61,679 nucleotides of DNA, filler included, from Asterionella formosa (GCA_002256025.1; 16 parts of 16 records of this genome joined end to end with filler, not necessarily neighbours in it); one strand, 5' to 3'. Shown: positions 36,703-50,688, counted from the whole stretch's first letter. Notes: generated by a model from the letters alone, not told the origin. Numbers and translations are program-made.

Positions 36703-38370
36703 TCAAGTATCCTCGACAGGAGGAGGTAGCTTTCGTGAAGCAAGTTTTCCACTTCCTAGGTCACTTTCGTCAAGGCCATATCTTCGAGCAATCGCGCCAA
36801 GCCAACTCAGAGACTCGACTGTGATCTCTCCACTAGTAGCAACTGCCAACAAAGGACGGTTGGACTCGTAGCCACCGTCAGACGAAAAACCACTTAGAGC
36901 CTGGGATGCTGCTCCCGCCAAACGTATCTTACCCACACCCATGTCTCCCTTGGCCTTCACATCGAATCTGCTATCTGGCTCGGCACTATTATTGTTGACC
37001 CAACCTTCCAAGAAGTCAATGTTGAGAAATGCAGACGACATCGGATCACTAGTAAATGATTCTGTTTTGAGTGATATCCTTGAACCATCGGGCCTTTTCA
37101 AACTTGATTTATCCAGTTCTTTTAGTGCCATTTTGTATCTCGCAATATCATCGTCGCCTAGAAGGTCTCGTGTATCGACTGCCTCCAGGCCATCGTGTGA
37201 CAGCATGCGGAAATCGCTTTCCAATTTGCGATCAATTGTTAAACACAAATTTCCATCAGTAGCAGTGAAAAAACTAATAGAATCTGGTGAAAGACTGTCC
37301 ACGTGCATTCGGCCAATAGGGGCAGCGTTTTCATCGACAGGTGCACTAAGGCTGATAAGTACATCACAAGTACCGTTGACCCCGCCTAGATCAACAACGG
37401 GTGCTTCATTCGAACTTGGTGGAGGCACAAGTGCTTTTGCAGTCACGTGGCCATGGTTTGATTTGACACGAATTGCTGGACCAAATAAGTTCAGTGATGA
37501 AGCAACGTTTAAATTGGCTTGCCCTCGCCCTGGAACGTACAGTGAACTAATATCGATACAAGCTCCTTCGTCGTCCACATCCAGTTTTTTCACACCATCA
37601 TCTATCCCAACCTTATTAATCTTGATATTGATGCTATTGCCAAGTATCCTCTTTGCTCTTACTCTTCCTGGGGTTGAGATACTGATGTTTTGGGCTTCTA
37701 TGACATCAGTGATGTGTATCGCTCCGTTGCTGTGTGTCGAAATAGATATGTCATGCCCGCGTAATTTGCGAACAACTACATCACCGTACTTCGAGAATAG
37801 ATGAATATCACCTTCGATCTTCTTGTCGATTAAGATGTTTCCTCCTTCCAAAAGGTTGCATTTTAGATTCACTTTCTCGGGAACCCATGCCTTCACCTGT
37901 AGTGATGACTTTCGAAGGATTTCTTCACGAGATACGTGCGTCAGCCCGTCACTGTAGGCGACCCTGCGATAAGCGGCATATTCAACAGAATCCGGCAAAA
38001 TGGATCCATTGTCAGTGATGACCCCATGACTATTGAATACTGATAGTGTTCTGGTCTTTTCTTGTGCATTGGACCCGATCGATTCAAGAAATACTTCGTT
38101 GTACTTATCCTGTGGGGAAATTTCAATAGATACTTCCGATTCAGTGCGACTGATCCTAGGCGCTTCATCTTCTCTGACCATCACCGTTAGGCGAGCTTCC
38201 TTATCACCAGGAATCAAGCTTTGCTCCAGTGAAATTAGCCCATCTTCGCGCCATTCCGGAAATATATTAAGATTTGTCGCGGGGAAAGAAGATCGAATCA
38301 GCAAGGTGCCGCCATTCCGCAGCTTAAGTAGAGGTATTGACTTCGACAACCTTAATAAATGGCTGCTCAT
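36703..38370 (-). CDS. FAM185A/DUF4097-like beta-repeat protein, probably mitochondrial
   Basis: 555-aa intact ORF from MSSHLLRLSKS (basic, acid-free presequence); VPEKVNLKC..GGNI.I..KIEGDIHL..GDV.V.KLRG..I.I beta-strand repeats. Confidence 0.72.
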   Translation of the reverse strand: MSSHLLRLSKSIPLLKLRNGGTLLIRSSFPATNLNIFPEWREDGLISLEQSLIPGDKEARLTVMVREDEAPRISRTESEVSIEISPQDKYNEVFLESIGSNAQEKTRTLSVFNSHGVITDNGSILPDSVEYAAYRRVAYSDGLTHVSREEILRKSSLQVKAWVPEKVNLKCNLLEGGNILIDKKIEGDIHLFSKYGDVVVRKLRGHDISISTHSNGAIHITDVIEAQNISISTPGRVRAKRILGNSINIKINKVGIDDGVKKLDVDDEGACIDISSLYVPGRGQANLNVASSLNLFGPAIRVKSNHGHVTAKALVPPPSSNEAPVVDLGGVNGTCDVLISLSAPVDENAAPIGRMHVDSLSPDSISFFTATDGNLCLTIDRKLESDFRMLSHDGLEAVDTRDLLGDDDIARYKMALKELDKSSLKRPDGSRISLKTESFTSDPMSSAFLNIDFLEGWVNNNSAEPDSRFDVKAKGDMGVGKIRLAGAASQALSGFSSDGGYESNRPLLAVATSGEITVESLSWLGAIARRYGLDESDLGSGKLASRKLPPPVEDT

Positions 38371-38689
38371 TTGTGCAACGAGAAAACTATAAAAGACACA
38401 ACCGCAAGAAAGCCAATCGTCGACAAAAGGGTATAAATTGTAAACGGACGATAAACCGGCGTGTAATTGAGAATGGGCGCACTCCAAAATTAAAAAAATT
38501 AATACCGGTATATCATGCTGTGCTGTTATTTAAAAAAGGTCCGTACTTCCTTCCCGCGGGCTGGTTTTCAGCAANNNNNNNNNNNNNNNNNNNNNNNNNN
38601 NNNNNNNNNNNNNNNNNNTTAATTAATTAANNNNNNNNNNNNNNNNNNNNNNNNNNNNNNNNNNNNNNNNNNNNATATTGGACCGAAAT

Positions 38690-39010
38690 CTTCAGCATCA
38701 ACATCCATTTCTACTTTCTCAATTGAAGTAGATGATGAACCTTTGTTTACCTGTTCCCTCAATCATCCAATTTTGGCAGACAATATTCAATATCCTCTGG
38801 AATATTACTCAATACATGATAGACAATTGCTGGATATACAATTGATTCTCAATCAAACAACTCATCTCATTCTCAATCAACAAACCAAACACATCTGTTA
38901 AATTTTCCCTCTATCAATTTTCATCATATACATTTCATGTATTTTGTAAAGAATCCAGGAGATACTTGACGTATTGTTATTCCTACATCACTATCGAATC
39001 CTATGGTACA
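38690..39010 (+). mobile_element. Ty3/gypsy pol remnant (RNase H to integrase linker)
   Basis: LNHP...QYPLEYYSIHDRQLLD...VKNPGDT*RIVIPTSL, resembling the region before the integrase zinc finger in diatom gypsy elements. Confidence 0.55.
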
Positions 39011-39148
39011 GTTACTTTTCAACAAACTATGCATACAACGGAACGAATTAATATCCATTACATCAAACCTTTTCAAAGGTAAAAGGTTTTCCCTTGGTGT
39101 GGGAGAGTGAGCGATCTTGCGCATCAATACAGATGTATATAGGGTTAG

Positions 39149-39275
39149 TGTTATATCATATATGTATCAGAACTCAATAATGAGAGAACTCGACTAACCC
39201 TCATTGTATACTTTGGTGTCGACTTGGAGAACGAGTTACACACAAGGATTAACAAATAAGCTCATATATTCAACA
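39149..39275. mobile_element. Possible short solo LTR
   Basis: Bounded by TGTT...AACA termini; no matching TSD and no second copy in the window. Confidence 0.25.
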
Positions 39276-40899
39276 AATACTACTACTTCTAGTTAGATAC
39301 TTCACCAGGTACTCAAACTGTCCAAAAACAGCAGCTACAACGATTCGCCGGCACCACTAGTGTCTTTACTGTTCGCATATGAAGGATAACATAGCAAACA
39401 TACAATCTTTCCACGTGAGGGTCTGCTTACTTGGAAAAATGCATTACTAATGAGTTACATAAACGTGAACATATATTAACAACCACTAATTAAAAAATTA
39501 GCATGTAAATAATTTAATCGAAACCAATTTAACATAAATACATCAATTGCATATACATGTATGAATTGCCAATGGCTTTTTTACATAAGCTGACCACTCA
39601 AATATTTGCGGGAAACTGAATGAAACAAACCCCTATGATAATAATCACAACATGAATAGAATTACCTACTGTCATTCAGAACACTTTGTATGGTTGTTGC
39701 AACAAAATTGACCATCCTACTGCTGGATATCTAACAGTTACAATCATCAAAACAAGCATACCATCCTCATTTTCTTTCTTCCTGCCACCATTGCCACTTT
39801 CGAGGTTACGCCTTCCATAATTGAATGCAGGTTGCCTTAGTTCTACTGTTATATCGTACTTTGTACATATATTGAGAATGGATGGTTCGAAGAAGAAGGG
39901 GTCCTCGTCATGCATCTGCATTTTGCTCTAGATAGCCAAAAGTGAAAATCGAAAAAGCCGAAAAACTTTTTCACATGTAGCTGCCAATTTTAATCTTTCT
40001 ATATTTATTATATGCATGGATCTGTAGCTTATGTGATTGCGCATATTAGGGCAATCAAGCTGGAGAATTGTCCCAGAGAAATTTTCAGAATTGACTTAGT
40101 AATTAATTTCAACCAGAGGGAGTACCACCAAGCAAACGTTGGCAGTTTTATGTACAGTACCAGGTACCTGGTAGCAGGTACTACCATCGTAAGAGCATCT
40201 CTACTGCATCGACCAAATACCAAAGTCAATTGAAGTTGAAAGCATCAAAACAGATCACTTGGTCAAGAATATTTTATCAAAAGTCGAATATTTCATTTTT
40301 TGGCAAGAATGCATCAACCAAATCCTAAAATAGTCTAATCTTGCGCCCAAACTTTTAGCAAATAGAAAAAGAGCAATATTATCTTTATGTGTGAATTGTT
40401 GATTTAGTGATGATGGCTGGGTACGCACTACATAGATATGTACGAGCTCCTACAAAGGTTGACATGGAAATGTCTTTACGCCTCTATTAAGCCAAGCGTT
40501 GGCCAGGACTTCTTGGTTCATTGGACATGATGCAGTGGGAATGGAAAAATTGTCCCAAAGAACACAGAGGACCATTTCCAGGAAAGGATGGAGTGGCTAC
40601 TGTTGCTTTGGAAGCTGCTGTTGATTGTAGACTTTGGTGAAGGATCCTGGCGCTTCCGTGCAAGCTTTGGTCAGTGAGTGCAATGAGCAAATCATGTCAT
40701 CATAGCATGTATCATACTAGTACACAACATGATAGTAGAAGACAAGTGGGATAAACAACACACAACAGAATTTTCATTTTTATTCAGGATGGTTTTTTCG
40801 TTGACGATGTAAATCATGACAAAGTCTTACTTTTCTAAATTCAAAACAATTCGAATGAAATACATGAATGGTGAGTACGCACTGCCAATTGCGAAACTA

Positions 40900-41950
40900 T
40901 CTGATCGAGCACTGGTGGATTCAACACAGTAGGTGGCTCAAAAACTTTGTCAATGCTGCACCAATTGATGTGAATCACAATAACACTTTCGCACTGTTAT
41001 TTCCTGGCAGACAATCTTAATCGATCCATATTTTGCCATGAGGAAACGGAAGAATACTTAAAACGCAAATTGGTAAGTTGGTCCATATTGTGTCATCTCG
41101 TGTGTCCATGGAATTATTGACATTGCCTACTCTTCTAACTCTTTTGTCTTTTTCTTTATTGAGGCGGATCCAGGCATGCAGCACCTTAGGTGCGGATGCT
41201 TCTCCAGGAAGCGCAATTTGTCTACGGAGGTTTAGTTTAGTCCTCCATTGATGACACACTCAATCGTTCTCTGCAACAGATGAGAAGTATTGAAAATCTT
41301 TTGCCTGATCAACTTTCTGCTGCACTCTAACAGCTTTTCTTCGTAATGATACATTGTTGAATAGAAAATTCCATCAAAGCAACAATCAACCAATAGTTGC
41401 TGAGCAAGAAGGATTGATGACCATTTTCGCTCAAGAAGTAGACTAAGGAAATTCATTATTGCATTTCCGACAATGACAGTGTGTTGTTTTGTCATTCGAT
41501 TTTTTCGCTTACCTTCACAATAGAGTAGATTGATTTCATGTGCAAAATTCTCAAGCTCATCCACTAACTCTTCCTTCTTTCTTTTTGAACTTCTATCCAG
41601 GAACGAATTTCGATTCTGATTTACCAACTTGTTTGCAGTTGCGAGATCCTGTATTGTTTTATCATGCAATCCCTGTAAGATGGTTAATTGTTGTCGCAAT
41701 TGTTGTTGCTTAAGTAAATTTCTTTCCTCACTTTCATGCAATTATTCCTGATGCTTCATTTCATAGTTTTTTCTTTTATACTTTCAGGAACCAGCCAGAG
41801 TAGGTGGAGTTGCTAGGCGGAGTACTCAAAAATAAATCATTTCTTGTCTTGGATTTCTCAAATGCAACCTGGGGAGTGAACTAGTACAACTCTTCTTCTT
41901 CTGCCTTCTTGGTCGATTGTACTGGAGAATCATCTAAGACGCTGTTTACG
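40900..41950 (-). mobile_element. Decayed transposase-like ORF of unclear superfamily
   Basis: 169-aa fragment 41232-41741 continues through frameshifts to GGLNLNSVDKLRFLE...MPGSASIKK...FTSI-GAALTKFLSHLLC; AATTATGTG-rich tract upstream. Confidence 0.35.
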
Positions 41951-42356
41951 GCACTCTTTCGAATTTATGTCTTAAGTGACATATTTATGCTACTTTTTTG
42001 AAATATTATGTTACTTTTTTCCTAATTTATTCGGGTTTAACAAAAATTTATATCACTTATCGAATAATTATGTGATCACAACAATAATTATGTGTGTCAT
42101 CTAAGCCGCGAAATACGCCACTTTTCGAAATTTCGTCTACGTATGAGTGTTAATTATGTGGTACTTCACATGCATTAATGCCACTCTTCACGTAAAAAAG
42201 ATTACTTTTAACGGTTTCATGTGAAGTTTTAACTGCTTCTTGTCACATCTCTTCGTTCCAACTCCTCTTATTCGAAACCGTTTGATACGGCGGGATACAA
42301 CCTTCCTCGCTGTTTCCCAAGTCCAATGGTACCACCAGAATGCAGCAAAGTTTTCT

Positions 42357-42435
42357 TCCCATTCATGATCCTTGGGACTTCGTCATGTTGTGGCGTTCTA
42401 CCCCCTGCTCCATAACCACAGCCACCCTGTCGCGG
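42357..42435. repeat. 79-bp contig-end sequence, exact reverse complement of 46217-46295
   Basis: Both copies run exactly to a contig end. Confidence 0.97.
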
Positions 42436-42535
42436 NNNNNNNNNNNNNNNNNNNNNNNNNNNNNNNNNNNNNNNNNNNNTTAATTAATTAANNNNNNNNN
42501 NNNNNNNNNNNNNNNNNNNNNNNNNNNNNNNNNNN

Positions 42536-42750
<215 letters not shown>

Positions 42751-44479
42751 GGGCAATTGAGTAGTAAAACTAAAAGTTCCACGTTGCGGTTTCAACCTAC
42801 TTCATTAGAAGTCTGACTGGATCACCAATTCCGAAATGATGAAAATCTCAAAATATTTCCATTTATTAATATAACCTGTAACCGCTATAAAGTTTCGAAC
42901 GGAAAAGCGCTGCCACCTTTCACAGCAGAATCGCTGACTACCAACTCAGCTTGCTGACTGCGGACTTCGTATTCACACCCTGAATTTTAGGTCAAACCGA
43001 CACCTAAAAAATGGTTGGTACAAAATGTACACACGAGAACGACTTCTACCTCAGGCGGACCACACCCATCCATACCGAATACAGAAAGGACTGATAATAC
43101 GTTGCAGGGGGACAAAAATTATTGTCACTACTATGTATAATCCACACAATCAATTACGACTCACCATTACTTCATTTCAACCTCAACCAAATAGAATGTT
43201 GATGAAATGATTCATGAATACTTAATAGCTAGCTATTAGAAGTGTCAGTACTACTTGTTCTGTTGAAAATTGTTGACAACATTCAACAATGGCAGCATGA
43301 TTCTTTGGTAGTAGGCTGAATGGTGCTTGAACCAAATCAATTTACTTGTTCATTTCAACAACTACTAGTAGCAATTCATTAGCATCAAAATTACAAAATC
43401 AGAGTTTCGATGTTAACATTGTAGTCTTTGGTAGTAGATTTATCCATACTTCTAGCTAATTAGAATAATCTTGCACATTGTGAGCTTAGCTTCATGCACT
43501 CCTTGCATCGCTCATGAAGTCTCAATGATAGGTTTATGGAGCGAGTTCAATCATCTCTTAAATCTATCAAAGAATCATGTTATTTGTGTGAATTTTTATC
43601 TGCCCAACCTGCTTTTTCAGGTTGCGACAAATGGTGGTCCATCAGTGACAAATTTGCATGACATGGTGATGCTAGAGAATCCGGAAAGCTTGATTCAATT
43701 CAACAATCAAAAATGCGCCAGATTCTAAATTCTTCAAGTCGGTATTTTCTAGCAATGAGAATAAGGTGGTAAATTGATGAATTGGGCTTGAATTGGCGAC
43801 GAAAACGAAGAAGTATGATGCACTCTATACTAGCTAGCTAGGTATGGATGGTAAACAGAATAAATCAGACGTTTACAAAATCAAACGAACATTTTCATGG
43901 CTGTTATGATATCTAGTCATCACTATTCTATTTGAAAATCACATCCACACATGCAACAAGCAGTTAGAATAGTGGTCTCACTACCAACATGTGAAGTGAT
44001 GCAGGAACTTACCCTGGAGTCTTCTCGGACTGAGAATTATGCAGCAAAACATACCTACGCAAGACTCCATGTCTACAAGAACTCTTTCGCACGTACAAAT
44101 TCCGATTCCAATATTTTGGTGACTGTTGAAAAAGCCGACCGAGTCGACTTTTCGGAGGACGTTGTCCCTGCCTGTTGTCAACAACAATGCGTGAGCTGAC
44201 AAGCCATACTAGCATTTAGGTACACAACAAGAACACACTCACCATTCAACTGTATTGCAGAGTTCTTTTGGATTTCATCCGAATGCTCCTGAATTGAAAG
44301 GGTTTGCTGCAATGTCAATTGAATGTAGAGGAACATCAGTGTGAGTTATCAGTAGCGTTGCTCATATAGCCGTCAAAATAGCGCAGTAATCTTACCAGAA
44401 CAACTTCCATTCCGGACCTCATTGTCCCTGCCTGTTGTCAACAACAATGCGTGAGCTGACAAGCCATACTAGCATTTTT

Positions 44480-45685
44480 CGCCGACTATTCCGTTGTTTG
44501 GTTTTATTGTCCTATGCAGTTACAGAAACAATGAGAAGGAATGATTTGTTAGCTAGTAGTCATGTTACATTGAAACAACGACACGCAATTCCATCGTATC
44601 CTCTTGCTTCACTTACCACAAATCAATGCAACTGATGCATAAGTCTGTTATAGTAACTTGTCAGTAAGCCAAATTATTGAATAAGTAAGTTTCGGGTATC
44701 CAATGTTGTCGAATAAAACTTACCGGTTCATTTTTGTCATCTTAACTTTGAGAGAAGGTAAACGTTTTGTCAGCTTTATACCAACAGAAGTGAATAGGTC
44801 CAACGAGTGGAGTGACAAGAGCACTTACGCAATTTGGTTTTGTTTTACATTGGTGCTCCCCAACAAGCGAAACGAGCTGTTGAATCAACTGAGAAAAAAG
44901 GAAATGTGGCTGCATTTAGTTAACAATTTGTTGTTGTGCTGCCTGTCTCCCAATGATTATCATCCAAGTAGCTACCACATTGATGGCTTCATTATATTAC
45001 CTTAAACATTCTCCATCCTTCGAAGGCGCAATGTGTCGAAGTCACAATGTTTTTCGTCATGTATTGCAAAAATTTTCTTTTCTTGTCATGTGCTTTACTA
45101 CGACGTATCTTATCATGAAGCAGCAGGCATTGTTTGTTAACATGACAGAACGATTTGAAAAATATATTGGCCATGAATATAGTAATAAAATTTGTAAATA
45201 TATATATATATATATATAGCGTTATACATTTTATAAAATTCAAAGGCGCTCTCGATATGGAACATCTGATATGGTTGAGATGATCATACTCACATATACA
45301 TAATTCGAAAATACTCAATGCACTATATGTCCATTGTTTTCCACGACTACCGGTACGTGTACCGGTATTATCTCTGAAATTTGTTTGCATCGATATTTTT
45401 TACGTCCGTTGAAACTAATTATTTAGACCGTTCAAATGCCGCAAGGGTTTTGGTAGCAAATTGTTTAAGCCCCTTTTTTGGGCGGGAGCTCTTCATGTGT
45501 ACCGGTACATCATATGACAATAGCAACGTATCATATATATATACAGGGTACCAGTAGCAGGTAGTAAGTGATATACTGGGGGTAGTCGGAGTAGTGCCGG
45601 TAAACTAGCAACAGAACACCATATGTTCAGGACTGTTGCTACTGCAGTGGGACAGTAAATCATCATAGTTTTAGGATTGTATGAT
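44480..45685. repeat. ~1.2-kb dispersed repeat, direct homolog at 54792-55997; fragment at 15348-15390
   Basis: Colinear from CGCCGACTATTCCGTTGTT through TCCATCCTTCGAAGGCGCAATGTGTCGAAG to CATCATAGTTTTAGGAT; no intact ORF. Confidence 0.96.
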
Positions 45686-45888
45686 CGTAAAACTAAAAAC
45701 CAATAGAACACGAAATGTCTATGACTGCTGCTATTGCAGCGGGACAGTAAATCATCATAATTTTAGGATCGTATGATCGTAAAACTAAAAACCAATAGAA
45801 CACCATATATTCAGGACTGTTGCTACTACCGTGGGACAGTAAATCATCATAGCTCTAGGATTGTATGATCGTAAAACTAAAAACCAAT
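45613..45888. repeat. 92-bp tandem repeat, 3 copies
   Basis: Units start at 45613, 45705, 45797; only one partial unit in the homolog at ~55927. Confidence 0.93.
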
Positions 45889-46395
45889 AGTCGGAGTAAT
45901 AAGCGAGCAACAGAACACCATATGTTCTGGCATACCTACCCGGTAGTTATCATAATATTGCTTTTATGAATTTAACTGGCGCGATAATTAGCCAGGCTGA
46001 CGAGTTACTACCGGTACCAGGTAGTACGTCTATATCTTTTATCAGCACCTTTAAGTAGCACCTACGGTTATGGTGGTACTATGTTTTTCCCTATTATTTT
46101 CTGTAGCAGCTCTGTAGAGAGGCTGTGAAGGTCAAAGCGCTGCCCCCCGCCCCCCCTCTATTACCGGAATACCGGAAAAATTTGGTACATCACCCATTAT
46201 CGTGCGTTGCAACGGCCCGCGACAGGGTGGCTGTGGTTATGGAGCAGGGGGTAGAACGCCACAACATGACGAAGTCCCAAGGATCATGAATGGGANNNNN
46301 NNNNNNNNNNNNNNNNNNNNNNNNNNNNNNNNNNNNNNNTTAATTAATTAANNNNNNNNNNNNNNNNNNNNNNNNNNNNNNNNNNNNNNNNNNNN

Positions 46396-49300
46396 GGTTT
46401 CAATGTTGGCGACATTGAAGTGAATTATATTTCGTCGGTCACCACTTCTGCGGACTTCGATCTCAAAGTCATCCAACTTGACACTACGTGTACTTTCAAC
46501 TACAATTATGACTATTCATTCCTCTCTGGAAGTGGCCAAGGAACGGCATATACCAACGACAACTCAGTCGAAGCGTCCCTCGTATTTACTCAACCCAACA
46601 GCGACGAACCTCCAAATGCGCTTGCTGTAGAAAACTGCCAAATTGATCTTCAAATTACAGACCTGGATTTCGCAGGAGGGATTGTGGCCTCCATTTTGGA
46701 TACTGCTGATAGATTAATTCGTGGATATATTGAAGGGGAAGTGCAACGGTACGCGTGCGACAAGGTTAACAACCTGGATCAATCGGCAACTACATTGTTA
46801 GGAACAATTCAATCTGTATTGGAAAAGTACTTGATAGATGTGGACCAAACAGATCCATTGCAAGCCGAGAATGAATTCAACACTACCTACAGCTCGTCCC
46901 TCGTTAACTTTCAAGATCCAAAGGGTGGCATTTCGACGATTGTGGGTGCCTTATTGTCAGAAGCTAGTAAGTTTTTAGCGACGACTTCAACCGACACCAC
47001 AACTGGCGAAACAACTTTGGGAGTAAATGAGTTGATTCGAACATATCTGCTGGATGATTCTGGCACCTTTGCTCTCAACGCTAGTGACGTTTCACTTCCA
47101 GAAAATGGAGTGCTGCTCCAATCCGATGGCAACATAACGTCCACGTTAATAGCAGTTTTGGGCATGCGAGTAAAAGGGCTGGATAGTTTCACACGAATTG
47201 ATCCGCTCGAGGACATTGGACGTTACACCCTTGCAACTTCATTTTCCTGGCAAGAACTTGCACTGGAAGTTGACATGATGGTTGAACTATCTGCGGACAA
47301 TCAAGATGGAGGAATCACGTCCAATGTAACGGAGACGGTATCTATCGGTGTAACATTCGATCAAATGGAAGTATCTGCAGCTCTTCTCCTTGCCATTTAC
47401 CATGAAGCTTTGGGTAGTCTCCAACTGGGATCTTTATTGAACATGAAAAACATCTTGCCTTGCATCTTCTCTACCTTGGCAGGAGCTAATATTTCGCAAC
47501 TCGATGTATCCGTTGGTTCGATCGGAATGCCCACGATTGTTGGTTTTAACTCGCCCGGCATGGACCGCATCTTTGCAACCTTGGTGGAGGGTCTGTGGGG
47601 AATGTATGATCAAGTCATCGCCAAGGCGCTTCCTGCCTTTTTCTCCACGACCATTCGAGAACTACTCACTTCAACCATTCAAAAGTATGTTGACAGTCCT
47701 GAAGGTTGTCCATCACCAGTGGTGCCACCTAATTTCGATTTTGTTGACTTTCGAGAATTGTTTCTCAACGAATCTGAAGCGATTTCGTTTGGAGCAAATG
47801 GTTCATCGCCATTTGGTGATCTGGGTGTTTTGATCCGAAAACTCATTGACACGGAAGTCATCGCGCCCGATTCGAAAACAGGACTGCCCAAAATCAACAA
47901 AGCCGTGGTGGACCCATTGACCGAGGATCAATCTAACAAAACTGGCACTCTGTTGCTACCTCGCGATTTGCTCAATGTTAATTCCGCATTTTCAATTGAG
48001 AAGTATGATGCAAGGATTCGATTCACGGTTTCCGAGGTCAAGGTCGAAAATCTCAATACCATGCGTGCTCCCTTGCGTCTACTTGATCCAGTATCAGATG
48101 AGGCCAACACACTTGATAATCAAATCACGTTTAGCAATGATTCATTGCCGCTGAGTGTGGGAGCGCGTGTAATGTTGGAAATCATCGGAGACGGTGATCT
48201 GAATATGTACAATGAGTTCACTGTGCGCGTGGATCTGACTGGTGCTAGTATCGCATTGAGTGCACTACTAAAATTGGCTTCGAAACCCTTTCTTCAGTTC
48301 CCACTTCGAGATATGTTCAATCTCAATTGTTGGACTGCCGCCATTCAAGCCCCCGAACTGACTTCTCAGGGACTTCGAGTCGACCGCTCAGCGATTACGG
48401 CAGCACTCCTGGGATTGAATGTTGATCTGGAAAAACTCGCCCTTGATATTGAGTGTGTAAACTGCTCTAGCCCTCTCCTGTACAATTTGTCATCATCATT
48501 TAGCGCCCCAGGGGCAGAAGAAGAAGCAACAAGAAGTGCCAACCATGTTCTTGACTATTTCATCACTTTGGTGGAAGGCGAATACTTCCAAAGTAAGATC
48601 GACCAACTTCTCAACGATGCCCCGAGGAAATGTCCGCATAACTCAGCGTTCATGAGCGATCCAGTTTCATATTCGTATGAGCCCTTGACTGCCAGTCTCC
48701 CAGATGACTCCACAGCTTTTGTGTTAACATTGGCCCTTACCACTTTTGGTATTATTATCGCCTTCGTCCTCGAAAGGTACATTGTGAAATGTATTGTGTA
48801 TCGAAGGAATATGAAGTGGCTGCGATCATTGCCAAACGAAAAGATCTATCGCATTTATCGCAATCAACGTGATCAGAAAAATATTCAAGCCAAATTAAAT
48901 GAAACGACTATGTCAATGTTTTCAAGTGCAGAGGTCCCAGTACTCGCCCGGTGGCTGCTTCCTACCGTGATTATTGGAAATGTTGCTTTCTTTCTCAGTG
49001 GTCACTTGAGCCTTGGAGGCACCATTCTAATAAATTTCAACCTGGCTGGTCAAGATATCACAATTAACGACTTCTACTCTTTTTCGATTGCCCAGTCGAC
49101 TATTGAACTTTGGAATGCAGGAGGGAAGGCATTGGCCGTGCTCATTGTACTATTCAGTGGAATTTGGCCGTACACAAGGCTGTTCCTAAATTTTCTGTGC
49201 TGGTTCTTACCCCCTCGACTCCTTTCGGTGTCAACTCGAGGCTCCATAATTCTTTGGCTTGATGCATTGGCAAAATGGAGCACAATCGATATCTTCGTTT

Positions 49301-50149
49301 TGGTTATTACCTTGGTTGCTTTCCGCATAACCGTCTCAAGTCCCAAGATGGCGTTCTTACCAACTGATTTGTACTCCTTGGACCTGCTAGTTGTTCCGGT
49401 TTGGGGTTTATATGCAAATATCATCGCTCAGAACCTATCTCAAATCACATCACATTATCTAATTTTCTACCATCGCAAAATAGTTTGCAAAGGATTAGAA
49501 AAGGGGGACAGCCAAGTAAAAATTACGGGCCCTGATGCAAGCGACGTGGAAAGCGCGGCGATCGATTCAGGAACAAATATTCAGTCATCGTCGACCACGG
49601 ACGCTCTTAAGGAGAACTTGAAAGATCACGGATATTCTCGACCACACCGTGGGGATAAAGACGTCATCTACGTTCGCCGTGGTGTCAGCACCGCTACACT
49701 TGTGACGGGAGCCCTCCTTGTGACGTTGATCATTGTGGGATGCTGTCTTCCTAGCTTTTCTTTCGATATGCTCGGTGTCCTTGGACTTGCCGTTGAGTCG
49801 GGACAAAATTTCCAACAGGCCCTTACTGAATATTCAGTTTTCTCCATCTTCAATTTATTGATCGACGAAGCTGCTTTTCTGGGAACCACAAAGGACTGGA
49901 TTGGGTTGGTGTCTATTGCCTTGGTATTTGTTTTGACTGTGTTGGTTGTTCCCATTTTTCAAACTCTCGTACTTCTGTACCATTGGTGGGTCCCCATGAC
50001 ACGAGAACGCCACCTGCGTTTTGTCACATTGACTGAGATCTGTCAAGCATGGCAATACATTGAAGTGTTTGTTATTGCTGTCATGGTGTCGGCTTGGCAA
50101 TTGGGATCCATTAGTGCGTTTCTCATCGAAAGCTATTGTGACTCGCTGA
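46396..50149 (+). CDS. Large membrane protein with long beta-rich N-region and two PqiA-like domains; partial at both ends
   Basis: Whole contig is one open frame (~1250 aa); SIAQSTIELWNAGGKALAVLIVLFSGIWPYTRL...LDALAKWSTIDIFV and second SVFSI...VLVVPIFQ...AWQYIEVFV. Confidence 0.85.
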
Positions 50150-50688
50150 NNNNNNNNNNNNNNNNNNNNNNNNNNNNNNNNNNNNNNNNNNNNTTAATTA
50201 ATTAANNNNNNNNNNNNNNNNNNNNNNNNNNNNNNNNNNNNNNNNNNNNGAGTTTCCGTCAACTCCCAGGCACCACCCACCGGTATTTTTCCAATATCTG
50301 CGCCAGGGTACCTGTTGAACCGATGCCAGTGTATGTCGGTACTGGATAAAAGGTATAATAGCTCGTAATTTCTCAAGATGTCCTCATCAGCCATGCAACG
50401 TTTTCATACGAGATCCATTCATATATATTTGACATACGATACATGTTACTAACAATATTGTTCCTTATATGAATACACAAAAGCCCTTTCATCACTAAAT
50501 TTCGTCTACATTTTATAGTGCATACAAACATAGATGATGGACCAAAGTTCCTGCATGGAGATGACTGAATGAATTTGGAGCTGACATGTAGAATTCAACA
50601 ACTCAAGAATTATTACATAACACGACCACAAAGAAAAAGGCGTTTTATATGATACATGTACGTTTAAATCAACGAAAACAAATCAAAA

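Noticed and set aside
36941..37804. 287-aa plus-strand ORF and similar antisense ORFs within 46396-50149 and the ARM genes
   Set aside because: Shadow ORFs opposite genuine coding sequence.
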